Positions 41,454-55,421 are shown, counted from the first letter of the whole stretch. The stretch: 63,535 bases of DNA, filler included, from Octopus bimaculoides (GCF_001194135.2; 6 parts of 6 records of this genome joined end to end with filler, not necessarily neighbours in it); one strand, 5' to 3'. The notes: a model not told the origin generated them from the letters alone. Program-made: numbers and translations.

Positions 41454-42400
41454 TGTGTGTGTTTGTGTGTGTATGTATGCATGTATGTATGTATGTATAT
41501 GTACGAGGGCTCGTAGAAACATTCTACTGTATATGCAGACGGTCATATCACATACACATGCAATGAGGGTCGCCGAAAATTCAATTGTTTATTCCGAGAG
41601 AAGTATTAATTCAATCTGCACAGTGATGTTAATTGTGTTATTATGTATTTTCACTTTCAAGTTCAAATTGCACTGGTGTACATTTACCGTATCGACCTTC
41701 TGAGTCGAAGACTACACTTACTGCTACGCACTTATTTGACAGAACTCATATTTTTTTCTTTCTAATAGCACGAAATATAATTATGCCTGACGATAATTTC
41801 TATTTCAATTTAATTTTAATTTTCATCATTTCCATTTACTTTATTGTCGCTTTCACTGTCTACATAGTTCGTTAGTTCGTAATTCAATAAGGCAAGAATG
41901 CATAATAATTTCATTTCTGTAAATAAATATAATTTGTTTGATTGGCAGAAAACACAGGGGAACCACTATCTACTGTATGAAACAATCATCTTTCAAAATA
42001 CGGCTGAAGAAATTCCAAAATTTTCCCAGAAATCTAAATGCAAACCAATTTTTTTTTTAAATTCCTATGGTATATACAAGACATGAGAATGTGATAGCAT
42101 GCAGAAGCGTTATAAAATATATTTTGTAGTTATTAAAATTATATTATTCAACGAAAATTTTTAATTATGTTTTGTTTCTTAAATTTTCAAGAGGGAAAAA
42201 TAATCAATGAGTTTCTGATAATATTATATAACACAAAATAGCTTTTAATTCTTATTTTTCATATAATTAAGAATTTATACTAAAATAGAAACAAAAATCC
42301 AATGAAAATCATTGAAAATCAGAAGAAAAAAAAATTTGGAAACAAAGAGCAATATGGTAACAGTATCAAAAACATCCCTCTTAATATTCTGCCACTATAA

Positions 42401-42826
42401 AGCGGCAAGCTAGGAGAAACTTTAGCACGCCGGGTGAAATGCTTATTGGTATTTCGTCAGCCGTTACGTTCTGAGTTCAAATTCCGCCGAGGTCGACTTT
42501 GCCCTTTATCCTTTCGGAGTCGATAAATTAAGTACCAGTTACGCACTGGGGTCGATGTGATCGACTTAATCCCTTTGCCTGTCCTTCTTTGTCCCCTCTA
42601 TGTTTAGCCCCTTGTGGGCAATAGAGAAGTAAGAAACGTTAGCACGCCGGGCCGTATTTCGTCTGTTGTTACGTACTGAGTTCAAATTCCGCAGAGGTAG
42701 TCTTTGCCTTTTGTCCTTTCGGGGACCATAAATTGAGTACCAGTATTGTGCAGTTGTCGATCTCATCGACTGGTTCCTCCCAAAAACATTCGGGCCTTGT
42801 GCCTAGAGTAGAAAAGAAAATAGAAG
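42401..42826 (+). mobile_element. Dimeric or nested SINE family B with an 18-bp target-site duplication
   Basis: Two homologous units (ttagcacgccggg...gagttcaaattccgc...gcctt...ataaatt[a/g]agtaccag) with different tails. aatattctgccactataa occurs at 42383-42400 and 42827-42844. Confidence 0.92.
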
Positions 42827-43687
42827 AATATTCTGCCACTATAATGAAGGAAATGAATACGGCATGATATAATGTTCAAGAGACGGTGTAAATATACATC
42901 ACTAAAATGATAAACGTCTTTGTTTAGCTGATAGACTCATGAAGAACGATCCATAGTTGAGTAAAATTCAAAGGAAATGCATATGTGAGGAGTACAAGTA
43001 GACGAATAATTAAGATAAAGAAATTCAATGAAAAACCTCAATTTCTTAAGGTGAATGCGGGAACTGTACAACATGTATGTGTGTGTATGTATGTATGTAT
43101 GCATAAATGACATTCCTCAACGAATTAAGCCTTCATTTCTCTCGGTAATAACTAACATGTGTCACACTATACCTACTAGTGGTTACACACAAGAACAAGT
43201 CAGTGCTTGTCTTTCGACATATGAACGGTTTGGTCTATACGACTTCCGAAATTAAGGAATCGCACCATGTTGTTTATATGTGTCGAAGACATTCAATACC
43301 CAGTTTAAATATATATTGATGCATACATACATGCTTGCAGACGACGCATACACAAATACACATACATGGATCATATGTTATTGCCAAAGAATTCAAACGA
43401 AAAACTTCACACCCAGAAGTATGCTAACGCGTATGTGGTCGCGTGTGTGTAGAATGATGGGTAAATAAATACATTTAGGAGTATTTATACGGTAGAAAAT
43501 GTATTAAATATATGCCAATGTTCCATAGAGACTCAATATTGCATATATCCTTTCTTTGTATATCTCTCACACAGGTATATATATATNNNNNNNNNNNNNN
43601 NNNNNNNNNNNNNNNNNNNNNNNNNNNNNNTTAATTAATTAANNNNNNNNNNNNNNNNNNNNNNNNNNNNNNNNNNNNNNNNNNNNA

Positions 43688-43720
43688 TTATTATTACTAT
43701 TATTATTATCATTATTATTA

Positions 43721-43751
<31 letters not shown>

Positions 43752-43793
43752 CATTATTATCATTATTATTATTATTATTATTATAATTATTAC

Positions 43794-43838
<45 letters not shown>

Positions 43839-43877
43839 CATCATTATCATCATTATTATTATTATTATAATTATTAC

Positions 43878-43950
<73 letters not shown>
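43688..43950. repeat. Long (ATT)n/(ATC) microsatellite
   Basis: Read directly from the sequence. Confidence 0.95.
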
Positions 43951-45139
43951 GCTGTTGTTGTTGTTTTTGTTTTTGTTGTTGCAGTTATTATTGTAGGCGT
44001 TGCTTTTGTTATGATAGTTATTCATATTGTTGTTTGTAATTGTATTTGTTTTATCTGTAGTTGTTTCAGTTTAAACAGTTCTCTATGTATTTTTTGTATT
44101 TAGTCGGCTAGTTGTTGTATCTACAGCTGCTATTGTCGTTGTCGTTAATCTTGCTATTGTTGTTGTGTTTACAACATGTCTTCTGTTCTTATTCTCATAG
44201 CACACCTCAGCTCTGAAAACTGTTCTGTGTAGCTTAATATTGCTTTGTTACGATTTAGTATCATACTCGCAACGCGGGGGCAACAATGGTTGAAACGTTG
44301 AGAATTTCGTTTCATTATCATGGGATTTTCTGTTCGATCCAACAGCACGTTACCTTAAATACTAGTCCCCTATTACGATTTAGACGGAAATTAGGGAGCC
44401 TAGAAGTGTATTCAATCCTATTTTAGGGACCGTATTTTTTCATGTTTAAAGAGCTAGCCTGCTTTTGCCAGAGAATTATATTAAAACACAAATGTTTGCG
44501 AAATATTCATTTGCTTATAATTCAATGAGTTTGCAGATATTTATGTGTACATTACGCACACACATTTTTTATATTTATATATAATGATACTACCCAGGTG
44601 CCAAAACCATGGCGATGTCCTTTTGGTAGCTGAAGGCAAAAGGGTTAATTACGATTGATTGCGAATTTCTAATAACTTAGTCATGTTATTCTGAGTTATC
44701 CTTCATTCTTGTAAAGTGGGAAATGTTTGGGGACTTATAGATTGCTATTATTTGGTTTTCTTCGTAGGTAATCAGATTAGGTTGTTATAACGCTTAGTTA
44801 TCGGCGTCCAGCTTTGGGAGGCTTCTGTGGAATATATATATATATATATANNNNNNNNNNNNNNNNNNNNNNNNNNNNNNNNNNNNNNNNNNNNNNNNNN
44901 NNNNNNNNNNNNNNNNNNNNNNNNNNNNNNNNNNNNNNNNNNNNNNNNNNNNNNNNNNNNNNNNNNNNNNNNNNNNNNNNNNNNNNNNNNNNNNNNNNNN
45001 NNNNNNNNNNNNNNNNNNNNNNNNNNNNNNNNNNNNNNNNNNNNNNNNNNNNNNNNNNNNNNNNNNNNNNNNNNNNNNNNNNNNNNNNNNNNNNNNNNNN
45101 NNNNNNNNNNNNNNNNNNNNNNNNNNNNNNNNNNNNNNN

Positions 45140-45152
45140 GCTCTTCCGATCT
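45140..45152 (+). other. Probable Illumina adapter remnant at a contig edge
   Basis: GCTCTTCCGATCT, the 3' end of the standard Illumina adapter, begins exactly at the first base after an N gap. Confidence 0.85.
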
Positions 45153-45797
45153 ATGTATATATATATAAGAGTTCCAACTCTGTTTTTTTATATTTTATTT
45201 ATATTCTTATAAAATTAATGTGGGATATAGAATATGGAATATATAATATAAATAGTAAAATGAAATGAGGCATTGAATGTCTTATTGAATATATGAAATG
45301 CTGAATATTAAATATATATAGGGGCTAGTATACTTTCCTGCTTCATAGCAGTCATCAAGGTCCCGTCTGACAGATGTACAGTACATGCATATACACGTTC
45401 ACATATACACAGATGTAAACGGACACTACATCTATCCCCTATACTAGGTGTTTCAGCTGTTCAAACAACGGAGCTACTCCACAGAAAACATGTGTACACT
45501 CTACAGACGACATGTGTACATTTAACATCACAGGGCGAATAAGGCGTCATATAATATGCGGAGAGGTTGACCCTTATATATTACAGGTACAGTCAATCAA
45601 ACGAGTTCCAAACAGTTCCGCCTACGCAATGCTTTGCTCAAAAACACTTACACAAGATACCACCTTGTGGAATAACACCTGGGATCTCGTGCTTTTACAA
45701 TGAAATTCTCAAAACATTTAGCAACCAGATATAAAGAAATATAAATACATACTAACACGCACACATACACACATACAAATACACATATGCACATACG

Positions 45798-45843
<46 letters not shown>

Positions 45844-45937
45844 TATATATGTAGTTCGCAGATGAGATCATATGTTGTCCGTATAGGAGACACTAAACAT
45901 ATCTACCCGTGTATCTGCTTATCTATCAACATACATA

Positions 45938-46020
45938 TGGTTGTGTAGTAGGAAGCTTGCTTCTCAACCACATGGTTCCCGATTCAGTCTCACTGAGTGG
46001 CACTTTGAGCAAGTGTTTTT
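45938..46020 (+). mobile_element. SINE family A head only
   Basis: atggttgtgtagtaggaagcttgcttctcaaccacatggttcccgattcagtctcactgagtggcactttgagcaagtgt. Confidence 0.75.
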
Positions 46021-46796
46021 TTTTTTTACTGTAGCATTCCTTATTCATCTGTCACCCTTCTTTTCTCATTCGTAAACACAAGAGTATTATTATAGTAGAT
46101 TATCTCGGTAACGATGGGAGCTATGAAAAAAATACAAAGACCAGCATCGCCACCGGATCATTCTACACATCTGTGTAATATTTCTCGCAGTTCCACCCAG
46201 CCGTTTGAGCGTGAATCCTAAGACACGAAAGGATCACCCATGTCAAATTTCAATGGCCGGATAACTGAAGAGATGTTGGCGTGGACTCCCACCCTGGCAT
46301 CCGGAACTCGGAGTTTTATCATGGCTACTGAATAAGTGTCACTTATTATTTGCAGATAAATTCCTCTATTTGCATAATATCGAGGTCTCTTTCTTTCTTT
46401 TGTTGTCCTTACTATCAATATATATAAGATTACGTCATATGTAAACAAACAAATTTGTTTTTGAAGCGTTAAAATGCATTGTAGAACAAGGCTGGTTGCC
46501 GGCAAATTTTTCTGCTCTTAAACTGATTTTATCTTTATATATACTGTTCAGTATTTACGTGTAGAAAAAAATACCTTTCTACTTGTTCTNNNNNNNNNNN
46601 NNNNNNNNNNNNNNNNNNNNNNNNNNNNNNNNNNNNNNNNNNNNNNNNNNNNNNNNNNNNNNNNNNNNNNNNNNNNNNNNNNNNNNNNNNNNNNNNNNNN
46701 NNNNNNNNNNNNNNNNNNNNNNNNNNNNNNNNNNNNNNNNNNNNNNNNNNNNNNNNNNNNNNNNNNNNNNNNNNNNNNNNNNNNNNNNNNNNNNNN

Positions 46797-46829
<33 letters not shown>

Positions 46830-47228
46830 TTACATGTATATTATTTATCTAAATGGCACAGTACATGTTGTAAAACGCTACTAATAGTTTCATATGTTGA
46901 GAAAACTCAAACATATCCTTCAAGCACAAACCACATATCATAACGAAGTAAAAAAACAAAAGAATAAAAGAAGAAACGTGAAAAAACTAAGATAGCAACT
47001 TATAGAAAACGCAGAAAGTAATCAACGGAAAGCGAAAACAATAACTAAGATGTAAGAAATAAAAGTTCGCCGGACCTGTATTGTTCCTATATTGTTTTGA
47101 AATGTCATGTATCATCTGATGAGAGCGGTTCTTTTAGTTGTAATGTAGTCATTAATATATTAAAGGAATCCACTGGAAATAGCTGTAATGAAGTGACACG
47201 TATCTATATTTTTATTATTTATTTACTT

Positions 47229-47390
47229 AGGAGTGGCTTAGTGGTAAGTAGCTTGCTTACCAACCACATTTTTCCGGGTTCAGTCCCACTGCGTGGCACC
47301 TTGGGCAAGTGTCTTCTACTATAGCCTCGGGCCGACCAAAGACTTGTGAGTGGATTTGGTAGACGGAAACAGAAAGAAGCACGTCGTATA
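47229..47390 (+). mobile_element. SINE family A, 5' half (young-looking; runs into a gap)
   Basis: aggagtggcttagtggtaagtagcttgcttaccaaccac...ccgggttcagtcccactgcgtggcaccttgggcaagtgtc...; CpGs retained. Confidence 0.92.
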
Positions 47391-48111
47391 AATGTATATG
47401 TATATATATATATATATATNNNNNNNNNNNNNNNNNNNNNNNNNNNNNNNNNNNNNNNNNNNNNNNNNNNNNNNNNNNNNNNNNNNNNNNNNNNNNNNNN
47501 NNNNNNNNNNNNNNNNNNNNNNNNNNNNNNNNNNNNNNNNNNNNNNNNNNNNNNNNNNNNNNNNNNNNNNNNNNNNNNNNNNNNNNNNNNNNNNNNNNNN
47601 NNNNNNNNNNNNNNNNNNNNNNNNNNNNNNNNNNNNNNNNNNNNNNNNNNNNNNNNNNNNNNNNNNNNNNNNNNNNNNNNNNNNNNNNNNNNNNNNNNNN
47701 NNNNNNNNNNNNNNNNNNNNNNNNNNNNNNNNNNNNNNNNNNNNNNNNNNNNNNNNNNNNNNNNNNNNNNNNNNNNNNNNNNNNNNNNNNNNNNNNNNNN
47801 NNNNNNNNNNNNNNNNNNNNNNNNNNNNNNNNNNNNNNNNNNNNNNNNNNNNNNNNNNNNNNNNNNNNNNNNNNNNNNNNNNNNNNNNNNNNNNNNNNNN
47901 NNNNNNNNNNNNNNNNNNNNNNNNNNNNNNNNNNNNNNNNNNNNNNNNNNNNNNNNNNNNNNNNNNNNNNNNNNNNNNNNNNNNNNNNNNNNNNNNNNNN
48001 NNNNNNNNNNNNNNNNNNNNNNNNNNNNNNNNNNNNNNNNNNNNNNNNNNNNNNNNNNATATATATATATATATACATACATGTATACACACACACACAC
48101 ATATATAAATA

Positions 48112-49275
48112 TGGGAAGGTCGTCTGAAAAGTTCACAGGTTGACCAATATATCGTCATGGAATGTGATCAAATGAGGTTTATTCGTTTCTTTTTGGAGTC
48201 CACACAATTCTTGCATCGGTGATGCAGTGCTTGGAACTCATTGATGAAGTTTTCATCCTGTTGATAAAAATTGTCATCAAGAACCGATATGACGTCATCA
48301 TCATACTTCTCAAACAAGTGTTTTTTCCATGTTTGAAGAACAGATGATAGTCAGATAGAACCGAATCAAAAGTGAGAAGTTGATTAACCAGTTCAAAGCT
48401 ACAGTCACGCGCAGCAGACACTTAAACTAACGACTTGAGTGCTGGAGCATTTTCCTGATGAAACAAGAACCCTTTCGTCAGTTTTCCTGAACGTTCGGTC
48501 ATAACAGCGTTTCTTTCTTAGCAAGTTGGCGTAATACTCTCAATTTATTACTTTAATACTCTCAATTGATAGCGTGGCTCTTATGAAGATAGTAAATAAA
48601 CACAGAGTAAATGTCTCTTGCATCCCCAAAACTGAGACCATCACCTTTCCTGCAGATGGAACGACCTTGGCCTCCTCTGGAGCAGGCGAGGAGGGGTGTT
48701 TCGCAGTATGCATTGTCTCTTTTTCTCTGGCTCAAAACGATGAACTCAACATCCATCCTGGGTTAAAGGTTCAAAGAAACAAGCTAGATCTACTTGAAAC
48801 AATGTGAGATTTACCCGTGATGTTATCAGCCTGGTGTGCTTTGATCAGGTGTCAGAAAATGTGGAACCCACCGAGCAGAAATCTTTGTTGTGCCAGGTTC
48901 ATTATGCAGAATACTCTCAACTCTCGCATGGGATATGCTAACACTATTGGCTACTTGCTTTATAGTCAATCGCAAGTGGGGAACACGATCAATGTTTTTC
49001 TCTCGCTGGTGGCATTTCTTCCAGTTCAGAACTTGAGTTATCTTCAAGACTCTCTCTTCTTCTCCTAAACTTAGCTGCCCTCACCTTTGCACTGTTAATA
49101 AAGCAGGAGCATTATTCCCTAATGTAGCAACCATATCGGCATGATTGTCCCTATGTTGGGGGGCGAAACCGTTTTTCTGCAGGTACTTAATAACGCTACG
49201 ATGCCAAATGTTGTCCATTTTCAAAAGAAATCGCTACTAATTAATTTTGAAGTCTTCTCTGAACAGCCAGATGCC
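48112..49275 (-). mobile_element. Decayed mariner transposon
   Basis: ATG at 49218 (MDNIWHRSVIKYLQKNGFAP); ORF 48826..49047 with ISARWVPHFLT; KVVPSAGKVMVSV; SDYHLFF in ORF 48179..48421; TIR-like ggtcgtctgaaaagttc at about 48118. Confidence 0.88.
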
Positions 49276-49969
49276 AGTTTACCTGGATAAAAGCAATGCA
49301 GTTATACATAAGAGGAGATGAAATGAATGCAGGAATTCACTGCTCTAACATCACCCCTTCATAATCAACCTATGAAAATTTCTACCCACCCTCGTGCACA
49401 AACTTCAATCTATCTATCGATCGATCTATCAATCTATCTATCTATCTATCTATCTATCTACCTATCTATATATATATATATACATGTACAAACACATATG
49501 TGTATATATATATATATACTCACACACTCACGCACGCACACTACCACAACAAACACAGACACATTCACACACGTGTATATGCGTGACTATTGGGTTCATT
49601 TAGGTGTAATTTGTGGAGAAATTGGTTGTTTTCCCATCCTAATAGTTATTAATTGGTTTCTGGTAGAAGTTTGGCCAAAATCTGCCTTAACGGATTACAT
49701 AATTAGAATTTGAGCCAAAAACGAAGTTTTATGTGCTTCCGGGTTGAAAGTCTTAAAATGCATTTCTGTTACACATTAATGCATCTATGTGGCTATAGTA
49801 ATACCTGTAGGAATGTACATACGTGCTTAGTGCTTATGTATGTGTTCTGTAGTGCCGTTGTATATGTGTTTATCGCTTCAAATGGTGCGTGTGTATGTGT
49901 GTGTGTGTGTATATAGTCAGATGGACAGATAGGTACATACATACATACATATGTATAAATAAGTACATA

Positions 49970-50019
<50 letters not shown>

Positions 50020-50242
50020 NNNNNNNNNNNNNNNNNNNNNNNNNNNNNNNNNNNNNNNNNNNNNNNNNNNNNNNNNNNNNNNNNNNNNNNNNNNNNNNNN
50101 NNNNNNNNNNNNNNNNNNNNNNNNNNNNNNNNNNNNNNNNNNNNNNNNNNNNNNNNNNNNNNNNNNNNNNNNNNNNNNNNNNNNNNNNNNNNNNNNNNNN
50201 NNNNNNNNNNNNNNNNNNNNNNNNNNNNNNNNNNNNNNNNNN

Positions 50243-50306
<64 letters not shown>

Positions 50307-51559
50307 CCGCGTGCGTGTGGGCACACACACATAGGCAAACACGTGCAATGATATGCAGACACAGAAATACAGACGCACTAATACGCAGAAACAGAAATTG
50401 AAGTGCAAAATCGCCAGCGCGAACACCGACGCACAAGCACACACGCATACACACACACATACACTCAAACACAGATACATACATATATACATACATACAT
50501 AGACTCCCACACACACATACACACACGCGCACACAGGCATGCACACACCTACACACACAAACACACACACATACAAGTTTAAAGACTCACAATTATGGAT
50601 CTTTAAATACCTAACTCATACTGCATATATACAGAGTGATTATCTAAGAGTTTCAGGAAGGGAATTTGTAACTTTGGTAGTACCGACCATTCTTGTAGTC
50701 CATTGTTTTACGGCAAACTTTAAAACATAAATTCAAGAACCTCATACATGCATGTATTCATACATATATACATGTTGTTATACACATAAATACATGCATA
50801 TGTGCGAACATACACATACACACTCACACATACATACATAAATACATATATAATACTAAGTTAAAATTTTAATTTAAATTCATAATCTAAAATTTATGTG
50901 CTGGGTATGTCCCTAGTAGGATACCGGTAAAGCACGTTCGCGGCTTATGGCTACCTGGCGTCATCTACAGTAATTGCACAATCGTCGCTGAATCTATATT
51001 AGGAATTCCTTCCTCTTCCGTCTCTATTGTTTCTATTATATAATAGCAATATATATATATGTCTGTATGTATGTATGTCTGTCTGTAGGTATGTATGTAT
51101 GTATGTATGTATATGTGCATGCGTGTGTGTGTGTTTGCAACGTGTATGTTTACTTATTGCTTCACGTTGTCACCCCGTATTTTATATACGGTGAGTCGCT
51201 GAACAGCACAACCAGTCATTGAACTATGACGGGAATATCATAAGACGGATCTGTCTCTCATGTCAGTTCGCTGTGTTTGTAATTTCTGGTCTCTGCTGCT
51301 GAAGAGGACATAACCACTCCGAAATGTATGCATCTCACATCTGGTTAGGGAGCTCTGTGAGCTGACTTGGTGTATTTAAACCTATTTGTCTACAGCGAGA
51401 AATGTTCCCCTTGACAAAATATAATGAAAGGTTTTATTACGGGTTCGAATATGTCTCAAGCATAATTGAACTAGTAACAAGTTTGTACGCATGCATACAC
51501 AGATATACACGACCTGCTTGTTTCAATTTTCATCTACAACATCCACACACAATACTTTC

Positions 51560-52010
51560 TTTGGCACGGGAATTTTACGTGGCACCATCACATGTGTTTT
51601 TTAGGAGGCACCATAACTGATTTTTTTTTGTGGCACCAACAGCGTCAGTGTAGCCGAGTACCTTGCACAACAAAACCCCTTCAACTGGGAGCGGNNNNNN
51701 NNNNNNNNNNNNNNNNNNNNNNNNNNNNNNNNNNNNNNNNNNNNNNNNNNNNNNNNNNNNNNNNNNNNNNNNNNNNNNNNNNNNGAGTTTGTGCCGGTTG
51801 AGAGATTTAAGGTATAGAAGGGGTAGAGTAGGTACATGGATACTCCAGCTGGAAAACAAAGGAGAGTGAGTTAAAGAGTAAGATAAAAAGAGTGATAATG
51901 AAAGAGGTGTTGGCGGAGTTGCGCTGGTACCTGCCACCAGGTGACACTGGGAGCAGGCAAAATAGGAGAGGTGGTACAGAGGTCTGGTAAACGAAACTTG
52001 CTCAAAGTGT
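51560..52010 (-). mobile_element. RTE-related 3' UTR fragment (gap inside)
   Basis: ttttacgtggcacc...gtaccttgcacaac and a purine-rich tract resembling the reverse complement of 61600-61850. Confidence 0.45.
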
Positions 52011-52014
52011 CGCG

Positions 52015-52076
52015 CTGTGAAACTGAACCCGAAGCACAGGATTGAGAAGCAAGCCTCCTACCACGCAGCCACAGTT
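52015..52076 (-). mobile_element. SINE family A head
   Basis: gtgaaactgaacccgaagcacaggattgagaagcaagcctcctaccacgcagccac. Confidence 0.7.
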
Positions 52077-52164
52077 TTTTTCCTTTCTTCTTCATTCTCT
52101 CTTCTGAATCGATAAGTTCTGAACCTACTCAGAATAAAAAGATTACCTCAGTATCAATAACGAT

Positions 52165-52395
52165 GTTGGAGTATTGATATTGGTTTCAAATTATGGCACA
52201 AGGCCAGCAATTTTGATGGAGGAAGCAAGTCGATTATATCGACCCCAGTGCTCAACTGGTACTCATTTTATTGACCTGACAGGATGAAAGGCAAAGTCGA
52301 CCTCGGCGAAATTTGAACTCAGGACGAATGTAAAGACGAACGAAATGTCGCTAAGCATTTTACCCGGCGTGCTAACAATTGTGTCAGCTCGCTAC
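52165..52395 (-). mobile_element. Full-length SINE family B
   Basis: ttggtttcaaattatggcacaaggccagcaatttt...atcgaccccagtgctcaactggtact...gatgaaaggcaaagtcgacctcggcgaaatttgaactc...cggcgtgctaac. Confidence 0.9.
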
Positions 52396-54619
52396 GTTTG
52401 GATTACTTATATTAGAATATTTCAATATGCAATCATACAATTTTTCTCTAAGTTATTGGAAACCTGTAAATATACTGCTACTAATTATTGCTTGAAAATA
52501 AAATAATAGAATACAGAACAAAAAATGAATTTCATTTAGACAAACACTAATAACATACTAGTAAAGCACTAATAATATATTCTACTAAATTATTAACAAT
52601 ACATATTACTGAAACATTAAAGCTAATAATCTTGTTAACAAGATTAAACCACGAAAAAAGTAAATCTATCGACAAGCTACATATCACTAATATAATTTAC
52701 AAATTTGATAGCAAATTTCATATGAAATTCAGATATATATGTGTGTATGTGCGTGTTTGTGTGCGTGAGTGTATGTGTGTGTGTACGCGCGCGCGGGCGT
52801 ATGTGTGTTCGTGCAAGCATATATAACAGTGTTTATAAATGTGGAACGGCATCTTCTATAGAACGTTGTTTCAGAGAAAAATCTCATAGAGAATTGTGCG
52901 TAAAAAAGATTAGGATTTCGTTCAGAACGGCGGTGGATCACCAGACACAGTGTTTCGGCCTGATTTCTTCTCCCCAGTAACACAGTGACCATCACCTCGG
53001 ATATCTGACTCACACGTTTCTCTTTTCTTTATATATATATATATATATATGAGCCTTCAAATTAAAATATTACAGCTAGTCTCCTTCCAAATCTGTTTCC
53101 ACATTGTAAATATCGTATCCACCAGTATGTCAATCTAAGTCTGTTTCAAGACTATGTGCATATGTGCACAGACACATACACACACACACACGCACACACA
53201 CATATGAATGTGTGTATATGTGTGTGCGCGTATATGCATATATATATATATATATATANNNNNNNNNNNNNNNNNNNNNNNNNNNNNNNNNNNNNNNNNN
53301 NNNNNNNNNNNNNNNNNNNNNNNNNNNNNNNNNNNNNNNNNNNNNNNNNNNNNNNNNNNNNNNNNNNNNNNNNNNNNNNNNNNNNNNNNNNNNNNNNNNN
53401 NNNNNNNNNNNNNNNNNNNNNNNNNNNNNNNNNNNNNNNNNNNNNNNNNNNNNNNNNNNNNNNNNNNNNNNNNNNNNNNNNNNNNNNNNNNNNNNNNNNN
53501 NNNNNNNNNNNNNNNNNNNNNNNNNNNNNNNNNNNNNNNNNNNNNNNNNNNNNNNNNNNNNNNNNNNNNNNNNNNNNNNNNNNNNNNNNNNNNNNNNNNN
53601 NNNNNNNNNNNNNNNNNNNNNNNNNNNNNNNNNNNNNNNNNNNNNNNNNNNNNNNNNNNNNNNNNNNNNNNNNNNNNNNNNNNNNNNNNNNNNNNNNNNN
53701 NNNNNNNNNNNNNNNNNNNNNNNNNNNNNNNNNNNNNNNNNNNNNNNNNNNNNNNNNNNNNNNNNNNNNNNNNNNNNNNNNNNNNNNNNNNNNNNNNNNN
53801 NNNNNNNNNNNNNNNNNNNNNNNNNNNNNNNNNNNNNNNNNNNNNNNNNNNNNNNNNNNNNNNNNNNNNNNNNNNNNNNNNNNNNNNNNNNNNNNNNNNN
53901 NNNNNNNNTACCTTCAGGAATTCTTGTGGAACGAATCGACCCCGGAACTTCTTTCTTAACGCTGGTACTTATACTATCAGTTTCTTTTGCCGAACCGCAG
54001 AAGTCACGACCATTTCTGGCAGGTACATTTGAGATGGTTTGATCTGGTTGCCCGCCAAAATGTCTAAGCTAAGAGCATTAGACCCCTTTGTAAGAAAGCT
54101 AGCGAATGTGTACAGCAACAAAGACAAAAAGACAAATAAACAAAAATAAACGGAGAACATGGTATACAATTACGAATACAAACAACAAGAAAATAACAAC
54201 AGGCGTCTTTCGACTGAGAACGAATCAAATTGAGCTGGCGTGTATGAAGTGAAAGCCTAAAGGCAGGAACATGGGAGATGGACACAAGAGGTGTTGACGG
54301 TCAGCAGTCAGACAAATAAAGAAAGATCATGGCTGGCCGGACACTGGTCACGTGGAAGGTGGAGAGATGGGTAGGGGACATACAAGAAATATAAATATTA
54401 TTAAAGATAATATTACTATCCAGCCAGAATAAAGCACCATAAAAGGTAGAATTATAATTTTACATTTTACAGTGCTTTATTCTTGATTGATAGTTATATT
54501 TTTTTTTTTAATAATACTTATATTTCTTGCATATCATTTCATTGATATTGGTTCTTATTTTGACTGGAGATTTCAGCCAAGTAAACAGGCTGAGATGGAG
54601 TGAATAGTTTAAAATTGGT

Positions 54620-54840
54620 CGTCAATGGTAGATTCAACTGAATAAAACCAATCGGATTCGCGCTCACGCACGTGATCCGAAAAGTGTGAAACTGCAGTAT
54701 TGAATTATCCTTGATTCCTCTAACGGTCTCCGTAGGGGTAAGACAGAATTTTCCTAAATTCACCGCACGCAACCATCTCTACCTGTAAACATTCAGTGAA
54801 GCTCTTCTTGCAATGATCGTACTTCGTGCACATCCGCCTT
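54620..54840 (+). promoter_or_regulatory. Candidate promoter and short non-coding first exon of the PARP14-like gene
   Basis: Non-repeat patch with 14 CpGs in about 220 bp, CCAAT (aaccaatc), E-box CACGTG, an IRF-like gaaaagtgtgaaact, an Inr-like gcagtatt and a strong donor GG|GTAAGA at about 54738. Function is inferred. Confidence 0.4.
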
Positions 54841-54849
54841 GTATATTTA

Positions 54850-54889
<40 letters not shown>

Positions 54890-55366
54890 NNNNNNNNNNN
54901 NNNNNNNNNNNNNNNNNNNNNNNNNNNNNNNNNTTAATTAATTAANNNNNNNNNNNNNNNNNNNNNNNNNNNNNNNNNNNNNNNNNNNNGCCTGCTACAA
55001 ACAGCAACACACTATCAACTCAGTAATACAATCCAAACAAAACACTCCACAAACACAAGACACATTCTACATAGCAAATATCCAATAAAATAAACAACCA
55101 TCAGAAGACTGGATACACAACTCGCATTACACACACAATACAAAATACAAACACTAATACAACAAAAGACTGCAACCAGACCCCATAACAAAAAAAACAA
55201 ACAAACTGATACAATATAATACTGGAAAGAGTTTACACTCTCCCAACAACAACAAAAAAGAACACACAATGCTGCACACACCTCAGTAACACGTGGATGT
55301 AGCAGGTGATGCAGTAGAAATTTGCCTGAAACTACCAAATGTTTAATAATAATAATAATAATGATG

Positions 55367-55421
<55 letters not shown>

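Noticed and set aside
41504-41900. Fourth mariner copy (tacgaggg TIR-like start)
   Set aside because: Only a TIR-like octamer and weak similarity are present; no transposase motif could be recovered.
46218-46505. Possible coding exon in a GC-richer patch
   Set aside because: Short open frames exist on both strands, but there is no recognisable domain or convincing splice pair.
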